A DNA stretch of 61,479 bases, the filler included. It is 8 parts of 8 records of this genome, joined end to end, with 100 filler letters (N's around TTAATTAATTAA, not from the genome) between each part and the next. Parts side by side here need not be neighbours in the genome. Positions count along the whole stretch, not along the records: positions 15,267 to 25,787 come from SRR31156797_21843; positions 25,888 to 31,565 come from SRR31156797_21844; 6 more parts are not named here. One strand, given 5' to 3'. Positions within the stretch are counted from its first letter, which is position 1, and every line of letters begins with the position of its first letter. This document shows, piece after piece, positions 19,792 to 31,256 of this stretch. The notes under the pieces were generated by a model, which was given only the letters and a program-made list of their open reading frames with translations, searched no databases and was not told where the DNA came from. The position numbers and the translations under genes are program-made.

Positions 19792-20847
19792 TTATTCTAC
19801 TTTTTCAGTATTTTCTTCATTTTTTAAATGAAGTGTTTGTGTTGGGAATGCAAACTCTGCACTATTTGTTTCTATGATTTTTATAATTTTAAAATATGTA
19901 TCTTCTCTTACCTGCATAAATTCTCCCCAGTTGGTTGTAGTTGTGAAGTAATAGCAAAAGATATTTAAGCTACTTGCGGCAAACTCACTAAAATAGATAT
20001 GGATCACATCTTGATGGATATCAGGATGGTTTTCTAGCATAAGTTTAATATCTTTTACAATCTTTTCTAAAGTACTTGATGGTGTATCATAGGTTACCCC
20101 TATATTCATTTTAATTCGTCTTTTTCCCATTTGAGACCAATTGAGAATAGCACTATTTGCTAAGGTTGCATTTGGTACAGTCACTAATGCTTGGGCAAAT
20201 GTTCTTACTTTTGTACTTCTTATTCCCACAGTTTCTATGATTCCTTCAACTTGTGGTGTATGGATCCAATCTCCTACTTTAAATGGTTTATCTGTAAAGA
20301 TCACAAGTGAACCAAAAAGATTGGCTGCTGTATCTTTTGCTGCAAGCGCAAAAGCCATCCCTACAAGCCCCATTGAGGCTAAAAACCCACTTACATTGTA
20401 TCCCCACTCTTGAAGGACTGCAATAAAACCTATGATAAGAATAAAAAATCGAATAGATTTGATAACAAAGTTTGCAACATCTACACTTATCTTATCTCCA
20501 AATTTATCAGTTACTTTGTGGAGATTTTGTGCTAAATTTGTAAGAATATTTAAAATTCCCCAAAAAACTACTAATATAAACCCTGATCGTAAAATATGAT
20601 CTACGACCTTTTGTACTTCAGTTTCAATAGGGATGATCCCTATAGCAATATTAGCTCCAATTAAAACAAACAAAAAATCTATTGGTTTATCTATTGAAGC
20701 TAAAAGCTCATCATCAAACTTTGAATTTGTTTTTTGAACTATTTTATAAGAGATTTTTCGAAAAACAGCTCTAAAAACTTGAAAAAAGATAAAGATAACT
20801 ATGGCATAGATATAAAGATCAGTATTTTTATCGATAATTTCTGTCAT
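19792..20847 (-). CDS. MscS-family mechanosensitive channel
   Basis: AFALAAKDTAANLFG, KPFKVGDWI, IGVTYDT, FAFPTQTL. Confidence 0.9.
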   Translation of the reverse strand: MTEIIDKNTDLYIYAIVIFIFFQVFRAVFRKISYKIVQKTNSKFDDELLASIDKPIDFLFVLIGANIAIGIIPIETEVQKVVDHILRSGFILVVFWGILNILTNLAQNLHKVTDKFGDKISVDVANFVIKSIRFFILIIGFIAVLQEWGYNVSGFLASMGLVGMAFALAAKDTAANLFGSLVIFTDKPFKVGDWIHTPQVEGIIETVGIRSTKVRTFAQALVTVPNATLANSAILNWSQMGKRRIKMNIGVTYDTPSSTLEKIVKDIKLMLENHPDIHQDVIHIYFSEFAASSLNIFCYYFTTTTNWGEFMQVREDTYFKIIKIIETNSAEFAFPTQTLHLKNEENTEKVE

Positions 20848-21168
20848 TGAAAAGAGGTCTCCTGTATAGTTTTAAAGTAGGATTTTAGCTAAAATCCTAT
20901 GGTTTCTAGCTTAAGTTATTTATTTTAAAAGGCTTGTGAAAAATGCTGAGATAAAACTTTTTTCTTTCAGCATACTTTTAGCTTAAAATCGAAAAATTTA
21001 GAATATAATTGCATTACAAATAAGGGATAAAAGGAACCCTGAAGATCTATAGTATTCATTGGCGTGAGACTAAATAGATCTTCAAAGTTATCTTGGTGTA
21101 CTTGTGTTAAAACACAAAGTACGTTTATACTAACAAATGAAACTTATATCTATATTAAGGAAGTATAA

Positions 21169-21384
21169 ATGTTCAAAAAAATCTTTTTATCTTTGGCTGT
21201 ATTATTTAGCGTGACTCTATTTGCAAATGAAGAGATGCAACCAATTGAAAAATGTGAATCAACTTACTCAGCGTGCTTAGAAAAATGTGATACATCATCA
21301 GAAGTTCAAGACAAAGAGGTTTGTTATGATAAATGTGATGCAGTGTATTCAAAATGTTTAGATGAGATTAAAACTGAAGAATAG
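21169..21384 (+). CDS. Small secreted six-cysteine protein
   Basis: AAGGA SD; signal peptide; Cx6Cx3C...Cx3Cx6C. Confidence 0.75.
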   Translation: MFKKIFLSLAVLFSVTLFANEEMQPIEKCESTYSACLEKCDTSSEVQDKEVCYDKCDAVYSKCLDEIKTEE

Positions 21385-21446
21385 ACTTTAAAGAAATCTA
21401 CTATACCTTTTCCCCTTATTTGTGAATTTAATAAAAGGTATAAAAA

Positions 21447-22169
21447 TTGTTACAAATCAGTAACTTTGTATATTGTGATGAGATATTTAATAGTTTAGAG
21501 ATTGAAAATAAAATCCTTCCAAATCCTTATAAAGATTATCCCTATCTTATCATTAAAAACTTTCTCTCACGTAAGATGATGGCTAATATAGTCTCAAGTA
21601 TTCAAGCAACTCAGGATCTTAGTAAAGCTGAAGTTATGACCCAAACAGAAAAAGGGATCGTTGATTCTTCTTTGAAAGAAAAATATAGAAAAACAAATAT
21701 TTATGAATTAGATGAAAAATTTTTAACGTTATATAATAAAAGATTTTTAAAATATAAACCAGAGTTTGAAAGTTATTTTAATGTTGCTATGACAAATAGT
21801 ACAGATATTCAAGTATTAGAGTATGAAAAGGGGTTTTTTTATACAAAACATGCAGATGATTCAAGTGAGATCATCGATAAAGATGGAAATACTGCAGGGT
21901 TTTATACAATTGCACCACAAAGAAAGCTAACCACTGTTCTTTTTGCTACTACTTATAGTGAAAAGATAATAGATCCATTTCATTTTAGTGGAGGGGAACT
22001 TCTTTTTAATTATCTTTTTGATAAAAATGGTCAAGAGATAAAGTTTCAACCCCAAGCAGGGGATATGATAGTCTTCCCAAGTAATCCCTATTTTTCCCAT
22101 GAAGTACTAAAAGTTCAACAAGGTTATAGATTAACTTTAGTACAATGGCACGATGCAATAATTTTATAG
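21447..22169 (+). CDS. 2OG-Fe(II) oxygenase (prolyl-hydroxylase-like)
   Basis: HxD (KHADD), GGEL, FPSN..FSHEV, R.TLVQW. Confidence 0.85.
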   Translation: MLQISNFVYCDEIFNSLEIENKILPNPYKDYPYLIIKNFLSRKMMANIVSSIQATQDLSKAEVMTQTEKGIVDSSLKEKYRKTNIYELDEKFLTLYNKRFLKYKPEFESYFNVAMTNSTDIQVLEYEKGFFYTKHADDSSEIIDKDGNTAGFYTIAPQRKLTTVLFATTYSEKIIDPFHFSGGELLFNYLFDKNGQEIKFQPQAGDMIVFPSNPYFSHEVLKVQQGYRLTLVQWHDAIIL

Positions 22170-22172
22170 AGA

Positions 22173-22415
22173 ATGGAAATGGAAAAAAGTTCAATTTTGT
22201 ATGTATTAGAATCAAATGATATAAGTGAAGAGCATATGGCACTTTTTAAAGAAAAGTTAAAAGATAAAAAGATGACTTTGGATGATTGTGATAAGCTCTT
22301 GGTAAAACTAGGTTATGAAAAACTATTTTTAGTTGATGATGAGTATGAAGAAGATGATGAGAGTTATGACGATGATTTTGAGCCCATACGCCATAAAAGA
22401 ATTTTAGAAGATTAG
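22173..22415 (+). CDS. Hypothetical protein with acidic tail
   Basis: ORF packed tightly between co-oriented genes. Confidence 0.65.
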   Translation: MEMEKSSILYVLESNDISEEHMALFKEKLKDKKMTLDDCDKLLVKLGYEKLFLVDDEYEEDDESYDDDFEPIRHKRILED

Positions 22416-22417
22416 GT

Positions 22418-23311
22418 TTGAGTGAAACTATAGACTCCAATAACACTTCCTTAGCCGTTAAATATATGCTGATAGCTTCAGTACTATTTGCCTTTACAGG
22501 TGGATTTGCTAAGGAGCTTAGTAACTATATGAGTTCTATTGAAGTGGTATTTTTTAGGAATGTAAGTGGAGTACTTATAATTCTTTATGCTATTTATAAA
22601 TCCCCTCTAACCCAAAAAGGGGGGCGACCTTTTTTACTTATTGGTCGTGGTATGGTTGGTTTTTTTGCACTCTTAATGTATTTTTATAATATAGCCAATA
22701 TCCCTTTAGCTGAAGCGATCACTTTTAGTAAAACCTCCCCAATATTTACTGCAATATTTTCTTATTTACTCTTAAGAGAAAAGCTTTCATTTACTGCATG
22801 GAGCGGTATTTTAGTAGGGTTTTGTGGAGTGTTATTTATCACAGGCTTTGATATTACAACATTAAGTAAAACTGATTGGCTTGGTATTTTAAGTGGGGTA
22901 GGGGCTGGACTTGCTTATACTTCTATTCGTGAGCTTAGAAAATATTATGATACAAAAACAATAGTTCTTTCATTTATGTTAGCTGGTACTTTAGGCCCTA
23001 TAGTGCTTATGGTCATCGGAGAGTTTTATACAACAACTACTTTAGATTTTATAGTAGCTCCTTTTGTGATGCCTGAGGGGTTTGCATGGGTTTTAATACT
23101 TGGACTTGGTCTTAGTGCTACATTTATGCAGATATATATGACAAAAGCTTATTCTTTGGAAAAGGGTGGGATAGTAGGTGCTGTAGGGTACAGTAATATT
23201 ATTTTTTCAATTTTGATTGGGATGATGTTAGGGGATGCTTTTCCTACAAGCGTTATATTAATAGGTATCTGTTTTATTGTAGCTGGTGGGCTTTTAGTGA
23301 CTAAAAAATAA
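22418..23311 (+). CDS. DMT/EamA-family transporter
   Basis: About 10 TM helices; VFFRN; SPIFTA...LREK. Confidence 0.88.
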   Translation: MSETIDSNNTSLAVKYMLIASVLFAFTGGFAKELSNYMSSIEVVFFRNVSGVLIILYAIYKSPLTQKGGRPFLLIGRGMVGFFALLMYFYNIANIPLAEAITFSKTSPIFTAIFSYLLLREKLSFTAWSGILVGFCGVLFITGFDITTLSKTDWLGILSGVGAGLAYTSIRELRKYYDTKTIVLSFMLAGTLGPIVLMVIGEFYTTTTLDFIVAPFVMPEGFAWVLILGLGLSATFMQIYMTKAYSLEKGGIVGAVGYSNIIFSILIGMMLGDAFPTSVILIGICFIVAGGLLVTKK

Positions 23312-23366
23312 GATATTAAAACTTGCTTTGTTACAATAAGGTAAAGATTCTTATAAGAGGGTATGT

Positions 23367-23744
23367 ATGAATTTAGATAAAGTATTAGCTGGGTTTTTTA
23401 TTATCTTTGCTATGACATTAAACTTTGGGTTTTGGTATGGTGATCCAACAGCATTGCATCTACATAGTAAATATGAACTGTTTGCAGCGATTGTAGTAAA
23501 TCTAATAGCAACTGTTTTAAAGCTTGGGGATAAGTCCCAAGTTGGTTCTGTACTTATTGCAACAAGTTTAGTTGCCGATCTACAGCTTATAGCAGCTGCA
23601 AGTATTTGGACAATTCATGGATATAGTGAACCAATGGATATAGAGACTTTTGGTCTTATTATCTCTTTAAGTGGTGGAGCAGTATTGGCAAATATCACTT
23701 CTGTGGTGATCTATGTGGGTGATACATTAAAGTCCAAAAGATAA
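23367..23744 (+). CDS. Small membrane protein (DUF6394-like)
   Basis: Four hydrophobic segments; directly upstream of a K+ channel gene. Confidence 0.65.
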   Translation: MNLDKVLAGFFIIFAMTLNFGFWYGDPTALHLHSKYELFAAIVVNLIATVLKLGDKSQVGSVLIATSLVADLQLIAAASIWTIHGYSEPMDIETFGLIISLSGGAVLANITSVVIYVGDTLKSKR

Positions 23745-23766
23745 GTTTAGTATCGAGTAATTCAAA

Positions 23767-25479
23767 GTGAAATACAGCTCTTTATGGATCGTCCTTCAAA
23801 GGATGAGATTACCATTTACTGTGATTGTGATCTCTTATGTGATCGCTATGGTTGGTTTTTTGATCATCCCTGGGATAAATGAGAGTGGTGAGCCTTATTA
23901 TTTTACTATTTTTGATGCTTTTTATTTTGTAAGTTATACCGCTACTACCATTGGATTTGGAGAGATCCCTTTTGCTTTTACACATGAACAGCGTATTTGG
24001 GCTTCTATTTCAATTTATCTTACTGTTATTAGCTGGTTTTATGGGATAGGATCTTTGGTCTCTTTATTACAAGATAAACTTTTTTTAAGTGAAATTGCAA
24101 TGGCACGATTTCAAAAATCTGTTAAAAAGATCAGAGATGATTTTGTGATTGTTCTTGGATACAATGACATGACTAGTGAGATCATCAAAAAACTTCTTGA
24201 TGCCCATATGCGTATTGTAGTAATAGAGATAGATCAAGAAAGAGCAAACTATCTTATGCTTGAAGGATTTACTCCACACGTTCCAGTTTTAGTAAAAGAT
24301 GCTCATAATGCAGAAGCATTGGAACTTGCAGGTATCAAGTCTATTCATTGTAAAGGGATAGTCTCTTTATTTGAAAAAAATATTTTAAATCTAAGGGTTA
24401 CTCTAGCTTCAAAGATATTAAATCCTCATGTAAAAGTTGCAGTACGCTCAACTACTGATAATGAGACGGGAAACCTTTTGGATGCTGGGGCTGATATTAT
24501 AGAAAACCCATTTAATATCATCGCATATCAATTACAAATGGCGCTCCATGGATCAAATCTATTTAAACTAAAAAATTGGCTTTATAATATCGACTCTTTA
24601 GATGGAAAGAGCTTCTCTATCCCTTCAGAAAATATTATCGTTTGTGGCTATGGAAGGTTAGGTGAAACTCTTTATAAAATGTTTAAAAACAATGGGATAA
24701 GTCCAATAGTTATTGAATATAATAAAGTAGTTTGTAATCGTGCAAAAAAAGATGGAGTGACAAAACTTATTAATGGAAATGCTGAAGATAAGTTTACTCT
24801 AAAAGAGGCAAATATTGAAGAAGCAAAACTGATTTTTGTAGGAACAAACAATGATACTACAAATCTCTCTATTGTCTCAACAGTAAAAAAACTTAATAAA
24901 AATACAGTGATCGTAGCAAGAGAAAATGAACTTTCAGACTTTTCTATCTTCTCTCATGCAAAAATAGATCATATATTTTTACCTTCTAAAATCTTGATCC
25001 ATAAAACTGTGAATGCTTTGATTAACCCATTAAGCGATAGGATGATCAAACTAGTAGCATCAAAAGATGAACAGTGGGCAAGTGAACTTATTTTACAGCT
25101 TATAAAAACTATTGATGTACATCCAATTACTTTTGAGCTGAATATCAATAAAGTTGAAGCTGAACAAATATATAATCACCTCAAAGAGAATCAAGCCTTG
25201 AAACTTTTTGAACTCAAAAGATCAAGAAGAGATCGAAACCATTTTAACAATATTGTTCCATTATTGATCATTCGCAAAGGGGAAGATATATTGCTCCCAT
25301 CTTTAAATGAAGAACTTCAACTTGAAGATAAAATACTTTTCGCTTGTGATGAGAATGGACAGGATGATCTTGAATATATTGCTAATAATATGTATGAGTT
25401 TCATTATATTGTATATGGGCAAGAGAATAGGTATTTTAAAGATAAAATAAAAAATAAATTTAAAGGAAATATAAAATGA
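23767..25479 (+). CDS. Potassium channel with two RCK/TrkA-N domains
   Basis: Selectivity filter TTIGFGE; VIVLGY and [10 protein letters not shown]. Confidence 0.88.
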   Translation: MKYSSLWIVLQRMRLPFTVIVISYVIAMVGFLIIPGINESGEPYYFTIFDAFYFVSYTATTIGFGEIPFAFTHEQRIWASISIYLTVISWFYGIGSLVSLLQDKLFLSEIAMARFQKSVKKIRDDFVIVLGYNDMTSEIIKKLLDAHMRIVVIEIDQERANYLMLEGFTPHVPVLVKDAHNAEALELAGIKSIHCKGIVSLFEKNILNLRVTLASKILNPHVKVAVRSTTDNETGNLLDAGADIIENPFNIIAYQLQMALHGSNLFKLKNWLYNIDSLDGKSFSIPSENIIVCGYGRLGETLYKMFKNNGISPIVIEYNKVVCNRAKKDGVTKLINGNAEDKFTLKEANIEEAKLIFVGTNNDTTNLSIVSTVKKLNKNTVIVARENELSDFSIFSHAKIDHIFLPSKILIHKTVNALINPLSDRMIKLVASKDEQWASELILQLIKTIDVHPITFELNINKVEAEQIYNHLKENQALKLFELKRSRRDRNHFNNIVPLLIIRKGEDILLPSLNEELQLEDKILFACDENGQDDLEYIANNMYEFHYIVYGQENRYFKDKIKNKFKGNIK

Positions 25480-25787
25480 TATTATTAACAGGACCGTGTG
25501 TTATAGAAAATAGAGATAATGTGATGAAAATAGCAGAAGCTTTAGCAAAACTCAATGAAGATAAAAGAATAGATTTTCATTTTAAAGCAAGTTTTGATAA
25601 AGCAAATAGAACAAGTCTAGATAGCTTTAGAGGTCCTGGACTTGATGAGGGCTTAAAAGTACTAGAAGAGGTAAAGAAAACTTTTGGGATGAAGCTAGTA
25701 ACAGATGTACATGAATCATATCAAGTAGCTCCTACTGCTCAGGTATGTGATGTGGTACAAATACCTGCATTTTTATGTAGACAAACT
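25476..25787 (+). CDS. kdsA: KDO8P synthase (3' truncated)
   Basis: [33 protein letters not shown]. Confidence 0.95.
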
Positions 25788-26097
25788 NNNNNNNNNNNNN
25801 NNNNNNNNNNNNNNNNNNNNNNNNNNNNNNNTTAATTAATTAANNNNNNNNNNNNNNNNNNNNNNNNNNNNNNNNNNNNNNNNNNNNCTTAATTTTAAAA
25901 TAAGTGACAAAGATAAAATATTACTCAAATGTAACCAGTACTATTTGAAAGTAATAGTTATTTCGACAAATGATTTAAAGCGATGGACAAAACCGTTGTT
26001 TTACCGGATTTTAATAAACCTTAAAATTTTTTGAGATATTATCTTTTTTTTGCATTTGAATTAATTGTTTAATTTTAGCACAATTGGAAATTCTAAC

Positions 26098-26931
26098 ATG
26101 AACAACATTAAATTAGTTGCTACCGATTTAGATGGAACTTTTTTAAAAAACGACCGTTCCATTAGCGATAAAAACCTGGAAGCATTACAACTTTTAGGCG
26201 AAAAGGATATTATTCGCGTGGTGGCCACCGGGCGCAATTTAAAGAAAGTTCGAGAGGTTGTTACTTTAGAAACTCCTTTCGATTATATTGTGTATTCATC
26301 GGGGGCAGGTGTATTTAACTGGAGAAAGCAAAAAGAATTATTTCATCAGAATATTACCCAAAGTTCTTCTGAAAAACTATTGCGGTATTTTACGGAGAAA
26401 GACATTAGTTTTCATGCGTTTTTTCCAGCTCCGGAAAATCATAACCACTGGTATTTCAGAGGCGATAATTCATGCGAAGAGTTTGAACGGTACTTCACAT
26501 TCAATAAAGCATATTCATACGAATTAAATAAAAACGAATTGCCGGAAACAGAACTGTGTCAGTTTCTTGTTATCATAAAAGAAAACAAATTTCATTTCGA
26601 CCAGTTGAAAATAGAAATAGAATCGATTTGCGATCAAATTCGTGTAATTCGCACCACTTCGCCCATTACCAATGGATACATTTGGATCGAAATTTTTCAT
26701 CAGTCGGTATCAAAAGGAAACGGAGTAAAACATGTTTGCGAATTGCTTGGGATTTCCCGGGAGCAAACTTTTGGGATCGGAAACGATTTTAATGATCTTG
26801 ATTTACTGGGATTTACACAACACTCGTTTTTGACCGAAAACGCACCTTCCGAATTAAAGGAAAAATATCCCGTGGCTCCTTCAAACGAAAACGATGCATT
26901 TGCCATTGCCATTCAACCAATTGTTTTATGA
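26098..26931 (+). CDS. Cof-type HAD IIB hydrolase
   Basis: DLDGTFL, ATGR, SKGNG, GNDFNDLDL; ATG at 26098 preferred over the upstream TTG. Confidence 0.88.
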   Translation: MNNIKLVATDLDGTFLKNDRSISDKNLEALQLLGEKDIIRVVATGRNLKKVREVVTLETPFDYIVYSSGAGVFNWRKQKELFHQNITQSSSEKLLRYFTEKDISFHAFFPAPENHNHWYFRGDNSCEEFERYFTFNKAYSYELNKNELPETELCQFLVIIKENKFHFDQLKIEIESICDQIRVIRTTSPITNGYIWIEIFHQSVSKGNGVKHVCELLGISREQTFGIGNDFNDLDLLGFTQHSFLTENAPSELKEKYPVAPSNENDAFAIAIQPIVL

Positions 26932-26987
26932 ATTGTTGTAATGTTACCCCGGTTTTTAGTACGAATTATTGAAATAAAATCAGAGAT

Positions 26988-29789
26988 ATGAGAATTTTAT
27001 CAGTTATAGTTTTTTTATTGAGTGTGTATTTTGTTACCGCTCAAAACAGTTTCGATTTAAATGCAGTTATTCCTGAAGATCCAAAAGTAAGTAAAGGAGT
27101 TTTAGAAAATGGAATGACATATTATGTGCGGGCAAATGATAATCCTGAAAACCGTGCAGAGCTGTTTTTAGTTGTACGGGCAGGTTCGGTAGATGAAGAT
27201 GAAGACCAGCAGGGATTGGCGCATTTTGCTGAACACATGGCATTTAACGGAACGAAAAATTTCCCAAAACACGAATTAATAAATTATTTTGAATCGATAG
27301 GGATGGAATTTGGCCCTGAAATTAATGCATATACCAGTTTCGACGAAACGGTTTATATGTTAAAAGTTCCGCTCGATTCTGAGGAATATATGGAAAAAGG
27401 GTTGCAGGTTTTGTACGACTGGGCAAGCCAGGTAACCGATTCTGATGAAGAAATTAATAACGAACGCGGAATTATTCACGAAGAATGGAGAGGAAGTAAA
27501 AGTGCCGATGAACGTATGCAAAAAAAGTGGTGGCCGGTATTTCTGCAAAACTCAAAATATGCCGAACGGTTTCCAATTGGGAAAATGGAAATTGTAGATA
27601 ATTGTCCGCCCGAAGCGTTGCGTCGTTACAGAAAAGACTGGTATCGCCCCGATTTGCAAGCTGTTGTTGTAGTTGGTGATTTTGATCAGGAAAAAATGGT
27701 TCAGAAAATTAAAGCGAAGTTTTCTCAAATACCCGCTGCAACAAATCCACGCGAAAAGGAATATTTTGAAATTCCCGATCATAAAGAGACTTTGGTAAAA
27801 GTTGTTACCGATAAAGAAGCACAATATCCGTTGGCTTATGTAATGTATAAACATCCGCTGGAAAAAGCTAAAACAGTAGAAGGCTACAGGAAAATGATAC
27901 TTGAAAATTTATATAACGGAATGATAAATAACCGGTTGGCAGAATTGACTCAGCAAGCCGAACCGCCATTTTTAATGGGACAGTCGTCGTTTACCGAACT
28001 TATTGGGCCAAAAAGTGCTTACCTTTCAATTGCAGTTACCCAAAATGGTAAAATTGAAGAAGGAATAAAAGCGGTTCTTTTAGAAAACGAAAGAGTAAAA
28101 AAATATGGTTTTACTTCTACCGAACTGGAACGGATGAAAACTGTTCTACTAAACTCAATTGAAAGGTCGTACACCGAAAGAGAAAATCAGAAATCGATTA
28201 ATTACGCCGAAGAGTATAAACGTAACTTTCTGATGACCGAAGAACCGTTCCCGGGAATAGAAAAAGAGTATGCATATTTTAATGCATTTGTTCCCGGAAT
28301 TACTTTGGAAGAAGTGAATCAGCTGGCAGAAAAATGGATAATCGACGAAAACCGTGTAGTAATTGTTACCGCACCCGAAATTGATGGTGTTAAAGTTCCT
28401 GATGAAGAAGAAATTTTAGCACTTTTAAATGAAGTGGAAAATATTGAAATTGAAGGTTATGATGATGCGGTTTCCGATGTTCCTTTATTAGCCGACGAAC
28501 CATCGGGAAGTAAAGTTGTAAGTGAGAAAAATCTTGAAAACGTTGATGCCGTTGAATGGACACTGGAAAACGGGGCGACGGTTGTATTTAAAACTACCGA
28601 TTTTAAAGACGATGAAATTCTATTTAACGCCTGGAGTTTAGGTGGCAATTCGTTGTACGGTTTAAAAGACGATGTGTCGGCAGATTTTACTTCCGATATT
28701 TTGGGAATGAGTGGAATTGCCGATTTCGATAATATTACACTGGAGAAAATGTTGTCTGATAAGGTTTTTAGTATTTCACCTTTTGTAAATCAGCTTCGTG
28801 AAGGTTTTAACGGAAGTTCATCGGTGGAAGATGCGGAATCGTTGCTTCAAATGGTTTACCTGTATTTTACCCAGCCCCGTTTCGATGAAACCTCCTATAA
28901 ATCGTATTTAACACGATTATCGGGAATGCTGGAAAATAAATCGGCATCACCCGAATCTGCTTTTCAGGATACATTAAATGTGGTATTGGCAGATTACCAC
29001 GAGCGTTCGCGACCGTTAACAAAAGAGTTATTGCAGGAAGCCGATTTTAACCGAATTCAGGAAATTGGAAAAGAACGTTTTCAAAATGCTGCCGATTTTA
29101 AATTTTTCTTTGTGGGAAATATAAATCCGGAAGATTTTAAACCGCTGGTTGAGAAATATATCGGGGCAATTCCTTCTTCTTCAGAAAAAGAAAACTGGAA
29201 AAATTTGGGTATAGAAACTCCCGGTGGTGTTATTGAAAAAGTAGTAAAAAAAGGTCAAGCTGATAAAAGCATCCAATATATTGTTTTTCATGGCGATTTC
29301 GATTATACATCGCAAAACCGCGTTGAACTTGATGCAGTAGGAAGAATACTTTCTACCCGTTTGCTTGAAGTTATTCGCGAAGAAAAAAGCAGTGTTTATT
29401 CCATTGGCGCAAGTCCGTCTTCATCGAAATATCCCGATTCGGAATATACAATGGCCATTTATTATGGAACCGATCCTGAAAAACTTCCGGAATTAAAAAC
29501 AGCCGTTTTTGATGAAATTAAAAAATTTGCAGAAAATGGCCCCTCGGAAGAAGAACTGGCAAAAGCACAGGAAAAAATGTTGCGCGAAAGAGAAACAGCT
29601 CAAAAAGAAAACAGTTTTTGGATGAGCATTTTAAGTAATACTTATTATCTGAAAGATGGCGATTTTTCAAAATTCGGAACGTATAATAATTTGGTTGAAA
29701 ATATAAGTATTGAATCGGTTAAAAAGGCATTTCAAAAATATTTCGATTTCGAAAATTACGTAAGTGTTGCATTAGCACCCGCAGAATAA
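26988..29789 (+). CDS. M16-family zinc protease (PqqL-like)
   Basis: Signal peptide; inverted zinc motif HFAEH; NAYTSFDETVY; WYRPD. Confidence 0.92.
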   Translation: MRILSVIVFLLSVYFVTAQNSFDLNAVIPEDPKVSKGVLENGMTYYVRANDNPENRAELFLVVRAGSVDEDEDQQGLAHFAEHMAFNGTKNFPKHELINYFESIGMEFGPEINAYTSFDETVYMLKVPLDSEEYMEKGLQVLYDWASQVTDSDEEINNERGIIHEEWRGSKSADERMQKKWWPVFLQNSKYAERFPIGKMEIVDNCPPEALRRYRKDWYRPDLQAVVVVGDFDQEKMVQKIKAKFSQIPAATNPREKEYFEIPDHKETLVKVVTDKEAQYPLAYVMYKHPLEKAKTVEGYRKMILENLYNGMINNRLAELTQQAEPPFLMGQSSFTELIGPKSAYLSIAVTQNGKIEEGIKAVLLENERVKKYGFTSTELERMKTVLLNSIERSYTERENQKSINYAEEYKRNFLMTEEPFPGIEKEYAYFNAFVPGITLEEVNQLAEKWIIDENRVVIVTAPEIDGVKVPDEEEILALLNEVENIEIEGYDDAVSDVPLLADEPSGSKVVSEKNLENVDAVEWTLENGATVVFKTTDFKDDEILFNAWSLGGNSLYGLKDDVSADFTSDILGMSGIADFDNITLEKMLSDKVFSISPFVNQLREGFNGSSSVEDAESLLQMVYLYFTQPRFDETSYKSYLTRLSGMLENKSASPESAFQDTLNVVLADYHERSRPLTKELLQEADFNRIQEIGKERFQNAADFKFFFVGNINPEDFKPLVEKYIGAIPSSSEKENWKNLGIETPGGVIEKVVKKGQADKSIQYIVFHGDFDYTSQNRVELDAVGRILSTRLLEVIREEKSSVYSIGASPSSSKYPDSEYTMAIYYGTDPEKLPELKTAVFDEIKKFAENGPSEEELAKAQEKMLRERETAQKENSFWMSILSNTYYLKDGDFSKFGTYNNLVENISIESVKKAFQKYFDFENYVSVALAPAE

Positions 29790-29881
29790 CCAAATCTATA
29801 AAATCAGTGGCCGGAGTTTATTTTAAATTCCGGCTTTTTTATACCTCAAAAATTGTAAATTTGATTTTTGAATTTTAAAAG

Positions 29882-30496
29882 ATGAAAATTTATTCTCCTG
29901 TTTATATTGTTCTCCGAATTATAATTTATTCGCTGTTAATGGTTGGTATTGCCGAAGGTATTTTTTACGATGCTTGTCATCCAGATGGAGCGAGTTATTT
30001 TGGCGAAAATACCTTTGCTGAAATTGGTCAGGAAATATTATTGTTTGTGTTATTTCTGTTTTATTTGGTACTCGGATTAAAATGGCAAAACATTCGGGCG
30101 GTAACAAATTTATTGTCGCTTTTTTTTCTGGTTTCATTTATTCGTGAATTTAATTTTTTAGCGCTAAACTGGTTGTATCCGGCATTGGTTGTTGCTGCGA
30201 TATTTGTTTTTCTGTTTATTCGCGATTTTAAAAAAATAAAAAGTTCGTGTATCGAATTTTTCAGCGTGCCGGCAAGTACCTGGTTTATTTCGGGATTTTT
30301 AATAACCTTTATATTTAGTCGTTTAATGGGCCGATCGAAATTTTGGCGGTTGTTATACGACGAAGAAAATTACCGGTTGGCAAAGGCGGCAACCGAAGAA
30401 GGGATTGAATTACTGGGCGATACCATTATGTTTATCGGAGCCATCGAATTTTTAATTTATTTTCTGAATAAAAGGAGTAAAAAATCGGAGCGTTAG
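29882..30496 (+). CDS. Hypothetical multi-pass membrane protein
   Basis: About 6 TM helices; EEGIELLG near the C-terminus. Confidence 0.7.
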   Translation: MKIYSPVYIVLRIIIYSLLMVGIAEGIFYDACHPDGASYFGENTFAEIGQEILLFVLFLFYLVLGLKWQNIRAVTNLLSLFFLVSFIREFNFLALNWLYPALVVAAIFVFLFIRDFKKIKSSCIEFFSVPASTWFISGFLITFIFSRLMGRSKFWRLLYDEENYRLAKAATEEGIELLGDTIMFIGAIEFLIYFLNKRSKKSER

Positions 30497-30514
30497 CATT
30501 TTAATTTCAAAAAA

Positions 30515-31237
30515 CTAACTGTTAAAAAGTTTACGTGCTTCAGCCAGTTGAACAGGTTTCCCAATATCCATCCAAAGTTCAGAATCGTCGAAATAACCAT
30601 TTATTTTTTGGCTTTTTGCCAATTCCAGATAAAGATCAATTATTGAAAAACGATCTTTTGCAGGCATGTATTTAAAGATTTCGGGATGTACAATATGAAT
30701 CCCGCTAAATGCCATTTCTGCAGCCTTTGCAAAATCTTTGGCTACCGAAATTTTAGTTTCTCCGGTTTTTTTATTCAGCCAGCCAACCAATTCTTTCTGT
30801 TGGTTAAATTTTAAATAACGTTGTGTTTCTCGGTGGCGAACAACCAGCGTTGCCAGTGCTCCGGTTTGTTTGTGGAAATCGCTTAGTTTGTTTAGTTCCA
30901 GGTTACTTAATATATCTACGTTGTAAATTAAAATAGATTCATTTCCGGCAAAAAATGAAGACGCATATTTTAGTCCGCCACCCGTTTCCAGCAACTTTCC
31001 ACTTTCATCAGAAATATGAACGGGTATTTTAAAATTGTGTTCAGCCAGAAAAGCAATAATTTTTTCTGAAAAATGGTGGACATTAACCACAATTTCGTTT
31101 ACACCGGCAGAAATTAATTTTTCAATGGCACGTTGTAAAAAAGTTTTACCGCCAATTTCAACCAGCGCTTTTGGTTTATCAGCGGTTTCTTCCTTTAACC
31201 GAGTGCCCAGCCCGGCGGCAAAAATCATTGCTTTCAT
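30515..31237 (-). CDS. Nucleotidyltransferase (MurU-like NTP transferase)
   Basis: MKAMIFAAGLGTRL, KPKALV, LETGGG, WMDIG. Confidence 0.88.
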   Translation of the reverse strand: MKAMIFAAGLGTRLKEETADKPKALVEIGGKTFLQRAIEKLISAGVNEIVVNVHHFSEKIIAFLAEHNFKIPVHISDESGKLLETGGGLKYASSFFAGNESILIYNVDILSNLELNKLSDFHKQTGALATLVVRHRETQRYLKFNQQKELVGWLNKKTGETKISVAKDFAKAAEMAFSGIHIVHPEIFKYMPAKDRFSIIDLYLELAKSQKINGYFDDSELWMDIGKPVQLAEARKLFNS

Positions 31238-31256
31238 ACCGGTTGTTATAGGTGAA

